DNA from: Eledone cirrhosa
Taxonomy: Eukaryota
NCBI GenBank assembly: GCA_964016885.1
Contig: OZ024741.1
Span: 257,052,001 to 257,116,000 of the forward strand
Reading direction: 5' to 3'
Length of the DNA stretch: 64,000 nt
Shown: positions 28,453-38,617 of the stretch, piece by piece
How positions within the stretch are numbered: position 1 is the stretch's first letter
How the letters are laid out: every line of letters starts with the position of its first letter
The notes under the pieces: model-generated
The model's input: the letters and a program-made list of their open reading frames with translations, nothing else
Databases searched by the model: none
Told to the model about the DNA's origin: nothing
Made by a program: the position numbers and the translations under genes

Positions 28453-31400
28453 GTTTCGCTTTACGAGTGTTTCGACTTACGAGTGTTTCGACTTACGAGT
28501 GTTTCGGCTTACGAGTGTTTTGACTTACGAGTGTTTTGACTTACATGTGTTTCGACTTACGCGTGTTTCGACTTACGAGTGTTTCGACTTGCGAGTGTTT
28601 CGACTACGGGTGTTTCGACTTACGAATGTTTTGACTTACGGATGTTTCGGCTTACGAGTGTTTCGACTTACGAGTGTTCTGACTTACGAGTGTTCTGACT
28701 TACGAGTGTTCTGACTTACGAGTGTTCCGACTTACGAGTGTTTCGACTTAAGAGTGTTTCGGATTACGAGTGCTTCGACTTACGAGTGTTTCGGCTAACG
28801 AGTGTTTCGACTTACGAGTATTCTGACTACGAGTGTTCTGACTTACGGGTGTTCTGACTTACGAGTGTTCCGACTTACGAGTGTTTCGGCTTTCGAGTGT
28901 TTCGACTTACGAGTGTTTCGGGTTACGAGTGTTTCGACTTACGAATGTTTTCGCTTACGAGTGTTTCCGCTTTCGCGTGTTTCGAATTACGAGTGTTTCG
29001 ACTTACGAGTGTTTTGACTTACGGTTTTTCGGCTTGCGAGTGTTTCGACATACGAGTGTTTTGACTTACGGATGTTTAAACTTACGGGTGTTTCGACTTA
29101 CGAGTGTTTCGACTCACGAGTGTTCTGACTACGAGTGTTCTGACTTACGGGTGCTCTGACTTACGAGTGTTTCGACTTACGAATGTTTCGACTTACGAGT
29201 GTTTCGACTTACGAGTGTTTCGACTTACGAGTGTTTTGACTTACGAATGTTTTGCCTTACGGGTGTTCCGGTTTACGAGTGTTTCGACTTACGAGTATTC
29301 TGACTTACGAGTGTTCCGACTTACGGGTGTTTCGACTTACGAGTGTTTCGACTTACGAGTGTTCCGACCTATGAGGGTTTCGGCTTACTGGTGTTCCGAC
29401 TTACGAGTATTTTCGGCTGACGAGTGTTTCGAGTTACGAGTGTTTTGACTTACGATTGTTTCGGCTTACGAGTGTTTCGGCTTACGAGTGTTTTGATTTA
29501 CGAGTGTTTTGACTTACGGGTGTTTCGACTTACGCGTGTTTCGACTTACGAGTGTTTCGACTTACGAGTGTTTCGGCTTATGAGTGTTTCGAATTACGAG
29601 TGTTTTGACTTACGGGTGTTTTGACATACGAGTGTTTCGGTACGAGTGTTCTGACTTACGAGTGTTCTGACTTACGAGTGTTCTGACTTACGAGTGTTCT
29701 GACTAACGGGTGTTCTGACTTACGAGTGTTCCGACTTACGAGTGTTTCGGCTTACGGGTGTTTCGACTTACGAGTGTTTTGACTTACGAGTGTTCTGACT
29801 TACGAGTGTTCTGACTTACGAGTGTTCTGACTTACGACTGTTTCGACTTACGAGTGTTTTGACTTACGAGTGTTCCGACTTACGTGTGTTTCGGCTTACG
29901 GGTGTTTCGACGTACGAGTATTTTTGGCTTACGAGTGTTTCGACTTACGAGTGTTTTGAATTACGATTGTTTCGGCTTACGAGTGTTTCGACTTACGAGT
30001 ATTTCGACTTACGAGTGTTTTGACTTACGGGTGTTTTGACATACGAGTGTTTCGATACGAGTGCTCTGACTTACGAGTGTTCTGACTTACGAGTGTTCTG
30101 ACTTACGAGTGTTCTGACTTACGGGTGTTCTGACTTACGTGTGTTCCGACTTACGAGTGTTTCGGCTATGGGTGTTTCGACTTACAAGTGTTTCGACTTA
30201 CGAATGTTTTGGCTTACGAGTGTTTCGGCTTACGAGTGTTTCGACTTACGAATGTTTTGGCTTACGAGTGTTTCGTTTTATGGGTGTTTCGACTTACGAG
30301 TGTTTCGACTTACGAGTGTTTCGACTTACTAATGTTTTTACTTACGAGTGTTTCGGTGTACGAGTGTTTCGACTGAAGGATGTTTCGACTTACGAGTGTT
30401 TCGACTTACGAGTGTTTCGGCTTACGTGAGTTTCGACTTAAGAGTGTTCTGATTTACGAGTGTTCTGACTTGCGGGTGTTCTGATTTACGAGTGTTCCGA
30501 CTTACGAGTGTTTCGGCTTATGAGTGTTTCGACTTACGAGTGTTTCGGCTTACGAGTGTTTCGACTTATGGGCGTTTCGACTTACGAGTGTTTTTACTTA
30601 CGGTGTTTCGGCTTACGAGTGCTTCGACATACGAGTGTTTTGACTTACGTGTGTTTCGACTTACGAGTGTTTTGACTTACGAATGTTTTGACTTACGAGT
30701 GTTTCGGCGTACGAGAGTTTTGACTTACGAGTGTTTCTACTTACGAGTGTTTCGACTTACGAGTGTTTTGACTTACGAATGTTTTGACTTACGGGTGTTT
30801 CGGCTTACGAGTGTTTCGACTTACGAGTCTTTCGGCTTACGAGTGTTTCGACTTACTAATGTTTTTACTTACGAGTGTTTCGGCGTACGAGTGTTTCGAC
30901 TTACGAGTGTTTCGGCTTACGAGTGTTTCGACTTACTAATGTTTTTACTTACGAGTGTTTCGGCGTACGAGTGTTTCGACTTACGAGTGTTTTTACTTAA
31001 GGGTGTTTCGACTTACGTGTATTTTTGGCTTACGAGTGTTTCGACTTACGAGTGTTTTGACTTACGAGTGTTCTGATTTACGGATGTTTCGACATACGAG
31101 TGTTTTGACTTACGATGTTTCGACTTACGAGTGTTTCGACTTACGAGTGTTTCGACTTACGGGTGTTTCGACTTACGAGTGTTTCAACTTACGAGTGTTT
31201 CGACTTACGAATGTTTCGACTTACGGGTGTTTCGGCTTACGAGTGTTTCGACTTACGAGTGTTCTGACTTACGAGTGTTCTGACTTACGAGTGTTCCGGC
31301 TTACGAGTTTTTCGACTTACGAGTGTTTCGACTTACGAGTGTTTCGACTTACGAGTGTTTCGGCTTACGAGTGGTTTGACTTACGAGTGTTCTGACTACG

Positions 31401-32051
31401 AGTGTTCTGACTTACGAATGTTTCGGCTTATGAGTGTTTCGACTTACGAGTGTTTCGGTATATGAGTGTTTCGACTTACGAGTGTTTCGGCTTACGAGTG
31501 TTTCGACTTACGAGTGTTTCGACTTACGGGTGTTTCGACTTACGAGTGTTTCGTCTACGAGTGTTTCGGCTTACGAGTGTTTCGACATACGGGTGTTTCG
31601 ACTTACGGTGTTTCGGCTTACGAGTGTTTCGACTTACGAGTGTTCTGACTTACGAGTGTTCTGACTTATGAGTGTTCTGACTTACGAGTGTTCCGACTTA
31701 CGAGTGTTTCGGCTTACGAGTGTTTCGGCTTACGAGAGTTTCGACTTACGAGTGTTTCGACTTACGAGTGTTTCGACTTATGAGTGTTTTGACTTACGGT
31801 GTTTCGGCTTACGAGTGTTTCGACTTACGAGTGTTTTGACTTACTGGTGTTTTGACATACGAGTGTTTCGATACGAGTGTTTCGTCTTACGAGTGTTCTG
31901 ACTTACGAGTGTTCTGACTTACGAGTGTTCTGACTTACGAGTGTTCTAACTTACGAGTGTTCTGACTTACGAGTGTTCTGACTTACGAGTGTTCCGACTT
32001 ACGAGTGTTTCGGCTCACGAGTGTTTCGGCTTACGAGTGTTTCGACTTACG

Positions 32052-32121
32052 AAAATAACAAATAGACGCGGTTTCAAATCTCTATGCTTTTCAAATTCAG
32101 TACATTAATCTTTATTTATAC
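32052..32121 (+). repeat. 70-bp spacer, copy 8 (type A)
   Basis: CAAATTCAGTAC with a TTTATTTATAC end. Confidence 0.97.
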
Positions 32122-35100
32122 GTTTCGCTTTACGAGTGTTTAGACTTACGAGTGTTTCGACTTACGAGTGTTTCGGCTTACGAGTGTTTTGACTTACGAG
32201 TGTTTTGACTTACATGTGTTTCGACTTACGCGTGTTTCGACTTACGAGTGTTTCGACTTGCGAGTGTTTCGACTACGGGTGTTTCGACTTACGAATGTTT
32301 TGACTTACGGATGTTTTGACTTACGGGTGTTTCGGCGTACGAGTGTTTCGACTTACGAGTGTTCTGACTTACGAGTGTTCTGACTTACGAGTGTTCTGAC
32401 TTACGAGTGTTCCGACTTACGAGTGTTTCGACTTAAGAGTGTTTCGGATTACGAGTGCTTCGACTTACGAGTGTTTCGGCTAACGAGTGTTTCGACTTAC
32501 GAGTATTCTGACTACGAGTGTTCTGACTTACGGGTGTTCTGACTTACCAGTGTTCCGACTTACGAGTGTTTCGGCTTTCGAGTGTTTCGACTTACGAGTG
32601 TTTCGGGTTACGAGTGTTTCGACTTACGAATGTTTTCGCTTACGAGTGTTTCCGCTTACGAGTGTTTCGACTTACGAGTGTTTCGACTTACGAGTGTTTT
32701 GACTTACGGTTTTTCGGCTTGCGAGTGTTTCGACATACGAGTGTTTTGACTTACGGATGTTTCAACGTACGGGTGTTTCGACTTACGAGTGTTTCGACTT
32801 ACGAGTGTTCTGACTACGAGTGTTCTGACTTACGGGTGCTCTGACTTACGAGTGTTTCGACTTACGAGTGTTTCGACTTACGAGTGTTTCGGCTTACGAG
32901 TGTTTCGACTTACGAGTGTTTTGACTTACGAATGTTTTGCCTTACGGGTGTTCCGGTTTACGAGCGTTTCGACTTACGAGTATTCTGACTTACGAGTGTT
33001 CCGACTTACGGGTGTTTCGACTTACGAGTGTTTCGACTTACGAGTGTTCCGACCTATGAGGGTTTCGGCTTACTGGTGTTCCGACTTACGAGTATTTTCG
33101 GCTGACGAGTGTTTCGAGATACGAGTGTTTTGACTTACGATTGTTTCGGCTTACGAGTGTTTCGGCTTACGAGTGTTTTGATTTACGAGTGTTTTGACTT
33201 ACGGGTGTTTCGACTTACGCGTGTTTCGACTTACGAGTGTTTCGACTTACGAGTGTTTCGGCTTATGAGTGTTTCGAATTACGAGTGTTTTGACTTACAG
33301 GTGTTTTGACATACGAGTGTTTCGGTACGAGTGTTCTGACTTACGAGTGTTCTGACTCACGAGTGTTCTGACTTACGAGTGTTCTGACTAACGGGTGTTC
33401 TGACTTACGAGTGTTCCGACTTACGAGTGTTTCGGCTATGAGTGTTTTGACTTACGGGTGTTTCGACTTACGGGTGTTTCGACTTATGAGTGTTTCGACT
33501 TACGTGTGTTTCCGCTTACGAGTGTTTCGGCTTACGAGTGTTTCGAATTACGAGTGTTTTGGCTTACGAATGTTTTGACTTACGGGTGTTTCGACTTACG
33601 GGTGTTTCGGCTTACGAGTGTTTCGACTTACGAGTGTTTTGACTTACGAGTGTTCTGACTTACGAGTGTTCTGACTTACGAGTGTTCCGACTTACGAGTG
33701 TTCCGACTTACGAGTGTTTCGGCTTACGAGTGTTTCGGCTTACGAGTGTTTCGGCTTACGAGTGTTTTGACTTACGAGTGTTCTCACTACGAGTGTTCTG
33801 ACTTACGGGTGTTCTGACTTACGAGTGTTCCGACTTACGAGTGTTTCGGCTAATGAGTGTTTCGACTTACGGGCGTTTCGACTTACGGGTGTTTCGACTT
33901 ACGAGTGTTTTGACTTACGAGTGTTCTGACTTACGAGTGTTCTGACTTACGAGAGTTCCGACTTACGACTGTTTCGACTTACGAGTGTTTTGACTTACGA
34001 GTGTTCCGACTTACGAGTGTTTTGAATTACGATTGTTTCGGCTTACGAGTGTTTCGAATTACGAGTATTTCGACTTACGAGTTTTTTTACTTACGGTGTT
34101 TCGGCGTACGAGTGTTTCGACTTATGAGTGTTCTGATTTACGGATGTTTCGACATACGAGTGTTTTGACTTACGGTGTTTCGACTTACGGTGTTTTGACT
34201 TACGAGTGTTTCGACTTACGGGTGTTTCGACTTACGAGTGTTTCGACTTACGAGTGTTTCGACTTACAGGTGTTTCGGCTTACGAGTGTTTCGACTTACG
34301 AGTGTTCTGACTTACGAGTGTTCTGACTTACGAGTGTTCCGGCTTACGAGTTTTTCGACTTACGAGTGTTTCGACTTACGAGTGTTTCGGCTTACAAGTG
34401 TTTCGGCTTACGAGTGGTTTGACTTACGAGTGTTCTGACTACGAATGTTCTGTCTTACGAGTGTTTCGACTTACGAGTGTTTCGGCTTATGAGTGTTTCG
34501 ACGTACGAGTGTTTCGGCTTACGAGTGTTTCGACTTACGAGTGTTTCGACTTACGGGTGTTTCTACTTAGGAGTGTTTCGACTACGAGTGTTTCGACTTA
34601 CGAGTGTTTCGGCTTACGAGTGTTTCGACTTATGGGTGTTTCGACTTACGAGTGTTTTTACTTACGGTGTTTCGGCTTACGAGTGTTTCGACATACGAGT
34701 GTTTTGACTTACGGGTGTTTCGACTTACGAGTGTTTCGACTTACGAATGTTTTGACTTACGGGTGTTTCGGCTTACGAGTGTTTCGATTTATGAGTGTTT
34801 CGGCTTACGAGTGTTTCGACTTACTAATGTTTTTACTTACGAGTGTTTCGGCGTACGAGAGTTTTGACTTACGAGTGTTTCTACTTACGAGTGTTTCGAC
34901 GTACGAGTGTTTTGACTTACGAATGTTTCGACTTACGGGTGTTTCGGCTTACGAGTGTTTCGACTTACGAGTCTTTCGGCTTACGAGTGTTTCGACTTAC
35001 TAATGTTTTTACTTACGAGTGTTTCGGCGTACGAGTGTTTCGACTTACGAGTGTTTCGACTTACGGGTGTTTTGACTTACGGGTGTTTCGGCTTACGAGT

Positions 35101-36920
35101 GTTTCGACTTACGAGTGTTTTGACTTAAGGGTGTTTCGACTTACGAGTATTTTTGGCTTACGAGTGTTTCGACTTACGAGTGTTTTGACTTACGAGTGTT
35201 CTAATTTACGGATGTTTCGACATACGAGTGTTTTGACTTACGAGTGTATCGACTTACGAGTGTTTCGACTTACGAGTGTTTCGGCTTACGAGTGGTTTGA
35301 CTTACGAGTGTTCTGACTACGAGTGTTTTGACTTACGAGTGTTTCGGCTTATGAGTGTTTCGACTTACGAGTGTTTCGGCTTATGAGTGTTTCGACTTAC
35401 GAGTGTTTCGGTTTACGAGTGTTTCGACTTACGAGTGTTTCGACTTACGGGTGTTCCGACTTACGAGTGTTTCGACTACGAGTGTTTCGACTTACGAGTG
35501 TTTCGGCTTACGAGTGTTTCGACATACGGGTGTTTCGACTTACGATGTTTCGGCTTACGAGTGTTTCGACTTACGAGTGTTCTGACTTACGAGTGTTCTG
35601 ACTTATGAGTGTTCTGACTTACGAGTGTTCCGACTTACGAGTGTTTCGGCTTACGGGTGTTTCGACTTACGGGTGTTTCGACTTAAGAGTGTTTCGACTT
35701 ACGAGCGCTTCGACTTACGAGTGTTCTGACTTACGAGTGTTCCGACTTACGAGTGTTTCTGCTTACGAGTGTTTGGACTTACGAGTGTTTCGACTTACGA
35801 GTGTTTCGGCGTACGAGTGTTTTGACTTACGAGTGTTTCGACTGACGAGTGTTTCGACTTACGAGTGCTTTGACTTACGAATGTTTTGACTTACTTCGAC
35901 ATACGAGTGATCTGACTTACGAGTGTTCCTACTTACGAGTGTTTCGACTTACGAGTATTTCGACTTGTGAGTGTTTCGACTTACGAGTGTTTCGACTTAC
36001 GAGTGTTCTGACTTACGAGTGTTCTGACTTACGAGTGTTCCGACTTACGAGTGTTTCGGCTTACGAGTGTTTCGACTTACGAGTGTTCCGACTTACGCGT
36101 CTTTCGACTTACGAGTGTTTCGGCTTATGAGTGTTTCGACTTACGAGTGCTTCGGCTTACGAGTGTTTCGACATACGAGTGTTCTGACTTACGACTGTTC
36201 TGACTTACGAATGTTCCGACTTACGAGTCTTTCGACTTACGAATGTTTTGGCTTACGAGTGTTTCGGCTTATGAGTGTTTCGACTTACGAGTGTTTCGAC
36301 ATACGAGTGTTTTGACTTACGGGTGTTTCGACTTACGGGTGTTTCGACTTAAGAGTGTTTCGACTTACGAGCGCTTCAACTTACGAGTGTTCTGACTTAC
36401 GAGTGTTCCGACTTACGAGTGTTTCGGCTTACGAGTGTTTCGACTTACGAGTGTTCCGGCTTACGCGTGTTTCGACTTACGAGTGTTTCGGCTTATGAGT
36501 GTTTCGACTTACGAGTGCTTCGGCTTACGAGTGTTTCGACTTACGAGTGTTTCGGCTTACGAGTGTTTCGACTTACGAATGTTTTGGCTTACGAGTGTTT
36601 CGGCTTACGAGTGTTTCGACTTACGACTGTTTCGACTTACGAGTGTTTCTGCTTACGAATGTTTTGACTTACGAGTATTTCGGCTTACAAGTGTTTCGAC
36701 TTACGACTGTTTTGACTTACGGTTGTTTCGGCTTACGACTGTTTCGACTTACGAGTGTTTCGGCTTACGAGTGTTTCGGCTTACGAGTGTTTCGACTTAC
36801 GAGTGTTTGGGCTTACGAGTGTTTCAGTGTTTCGGCTTACGTGTGTTTCGACTTACGAGTGTTTCGATTTACGAGTGTTTCGGCTTACGAGTGTTTCGGC
36901 TTACGAGTGTTTCGGCTTAT

Positions 36921-37008
36921 TATATATAAACGTTTCTATTTCCATCGTTTTATCGTAAACGTTTATATATTCCCATCGTTATATCATAACGTGTATATTT
37001 CCGTCACT
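36921..37008 (+). repeat. Degenerate ~29-bp triple tandem repeat at the left end of the island (also at 52198-52285)
   Basis: ATAAACGTTTCTATTTCCATCGTTTT / ATCGTAAACGTTTATATATTCCCATCGTTAT / ATCATAACGTGTATATTTCCGTCACT. Confidence 0.75.
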
Positions 37009-37181
37009 AATCTCTTTTTCTCCTTTTTCGTTTTAACATATATTTATTTCAAAGATTTCACCGTATAGATAACATATATATTTATACATGCATAAAAGAC
37101 ACACTGAGAGACGGTGAATATGTGGTGCCAAAAACATTTCTAATCCAAATCTCAACAATATCAGTATATACACTAGATTTG

Positions 37182-37218
37182 CTAGCAGAAAACCGCCCAC
37201 CGGGTTGTTTTCTGCTAG
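37182..37218. other. Hairpin CTAGCAGAAAACCGCCC-ACC-GGGTTGTTTTCTGCTAG (putative Helitron 3' terminal hairpin plus CTAG)
   Basis: 17-bp stem: 12 perfect pairs, one C-T mismatch, one G-T wobble, three C-G pairs; 3-nt loop. Both ends are CTAG. The structure is directly visible; its role is inferred. Confidence 0.9.
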
Positions 37219-37233
37219 TCTATATATATAAAA

Positions 37234-37625
37234 CTGAGGATGTCTGTCTGTGTGTGAGTTTGAATCCCTAAAACTCGAGAACCACCCAACCGACTGTTTT
37301 CAAACTTTACACATGTAATACTTACGTTTCAGGGAGTGTTCTGAGCAAACAATATTTCAAATTTTCAATGCCCTAGCGACCACATTAGGCGATTTAGGGA
37401 TCTCTCTCTATAATTCTTAGTCTTTCTCTTTTTAGATAGATACATACATATAACGTCGTGCCCTTATAATATCTGTCTGTATGTCTGGCTGTCTGCATTA
37501 CGTCACTTCCCTGAGGATGTCTGTCTGTGTGTGTGTCTGTGAGTTTGAATCCCTAAAATGCGAAAAGTACCCAACCGATTTTTTTCAAACTTTACATGTG
37601 TATTACTTATGTTTCAGGGAGTGTT
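37234..37625 (+). repeat. Diverged ~110-bp direct repeat pair inside island 1 (37234-37340 and 37511-37625)
   Basis: Both copies run CTGAGGATGTCTGTCTGTGTGTG...GAGTTTGAATCCCTAAAA...ACCCAACCGA...TTTTCAAACTTTACA...TACTTAYGTTTCAGGGAGTGTT. Start-to-start distance is 277 bp. Confidence 0.95.
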
Positions 37626-38547
37626 TGTTATGCACATAAAATTCAACCTTTTGATCTGGAGTTTCGACTTACGAGTGTTTCGACTTACGAGTATTTTGAC
37701 TTACGAATGTTCTGACTTACGGGTGTTTCGGCTTCCGAGTGTTTCGACTTACGAGTGTTATAACTTGCGGGTGTTTCGACTTACGCGTGTTTTGACTTAC
37801 GGGCGTTTCGACTTAGGAGTGTTTCGACTACGAATGTTCCGACATACGAGTGTTTCGACTTACGAGTGTTTCGACTTACGAGTGTTCTGACTTACGAGTG
37901 TTCCGGCTTACGAGTTTTTCGACTTACGAGTGTTTCGACTTACGAGTGTTCTGACTACGAGTGTTCTGACTTACGAGTGTTTCGGCTTATGAGTGTTTCG
38001 ACTTACGAGTGTTTCGGTTTATGAGTGTTTCGACTTACGAGTGTTTCGACTTACGAGTGTTTCGGCTTACGAGTGTTTCGACATACGGGTGTTTCGACTT
38101 ACGGTGTTTCGGCTTACGAGTGTTTCGACTTACGAGTGTTCTGACTTACGAGTGTTCTGACTTATGAGTGTTCTGACTTACCAGTGTTCCGACTTACGAG
38201 TGTTTCGGCTTACGAGTGTTTCGGCTTACGAGTGTTTCGACTTACGAGTGTTTCGACTTACGAGTGTTTCGACTTATGAGTGTTTTGACTTACGGTGTTT
38301 CGGCTTACGAGTGTTTCGACTTACGAGTGTTTTGACTTACTGGTGTTTTGACATACGAGTGTTTCGATACGAGTGTTTCGACTTACGGGTGTTCTGACTT
38401 ACGAGTGTTCTGACTTACGAGTGTTCTGACTTACGAGTGTTCCAATTTACGAGTGTTCTGACTTACGAGTGTTCTGACTTACGAGTGTTCCGACTTACGA
38501 GTGTTTCGGCTCACGAGTGTTTCGGCTTACGAGTGTTTCGACTTACG

Positions 38548-38617
38548 AAAATAACAAATAGACGCGGTTTCAAATCTCTATGCTTTTCAAATTCAGTACA
38601 TTAATCTTTATTTATAC
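38548..38617 (+). repeat. 70-bp spacer, copy 9 (type A)
   Basis: Same haplotype as copy 8. Confidence 0.97.

Larger units (their letters stand above)
12790..28620 (+). repeat. Segmental duplication: about 12790-15930 copied at about 25490-28620 (offset ~12.7 kb)
   Basis: ORF pairs 12996/25699 and 14183/26839. Shared rare variants TTCAGAC, GAGTTTTTTTTCCTTAC and the B' spacer. Confidence 0.85.
26660..33430 (+). repeat. ~3.65-kb tandem higher-order repeat (also present at about 41935-48707)
   Basis: ORF pairs 26839/30492 (3653) and 28802/32487 (3685); spacers 28383/32052. Confidence 0.85.
1..36919 (+). repeat. 16-bp satellite array, block 1 (consensus TTCGACTTACGAGTGT); continues past the left window edge
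   Basis: Head-to-tail 16-bp monomers in a single orientation. Common variants are TTCGGC, TTTGAC, TCTGAC, TCCGAC, TACGGG, TATGAG and TACGAA, with occasional 14- and 15-bp monomers. Interrupted only by eight 70-bp spacers. Confidence 0.99.
36920..37660 (+). mobile_element. 741-bp unique island, copy 1: putative tail-to-head junction of non-autonomous Helitron-like ends
   Basis: AT-rich non-satellite DNA. The hairpin ending CTAG (37182-37218) is followed immediately by TCTATATATATAAAA (37219-37233) and TGTCTGTCTGTGTGTG. Helitrons canonically start with TC and end with hairpin plus CTRR. No target-site duplication and no coding capacity seen. The family assignment rests on terminal motifs only. 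Confidence 0.65.

Noticed and set aside
37182-37218. Rho-independent terminator or tRNA/ncRNA
   Set aside because: There is no upstream gene, no U-tract after the stem and no cloverleaf, and the context is eukaryote-like satellite.
37260-37560. Telomere-like motifs (CCCTAAA, TTAGG, TTTAGGG)
   Set aside because: Only isolated single copies in mixed orientation; there is no telomeric array.
36920-37660. MITE, SINE or solo LTR identity for the island
   Set aside because: No terminal inverted repeats, TSD, TG...CA ends, A/B boxes or poly-A tail were seen at the island edges.
37558-37890. ORF MRKVPNRFFSNF... from the island into the satellite, and ORF 36499-37068
   Set aside because: Short chimeric read-throughs with no Rep, helicase or transposase motifs.
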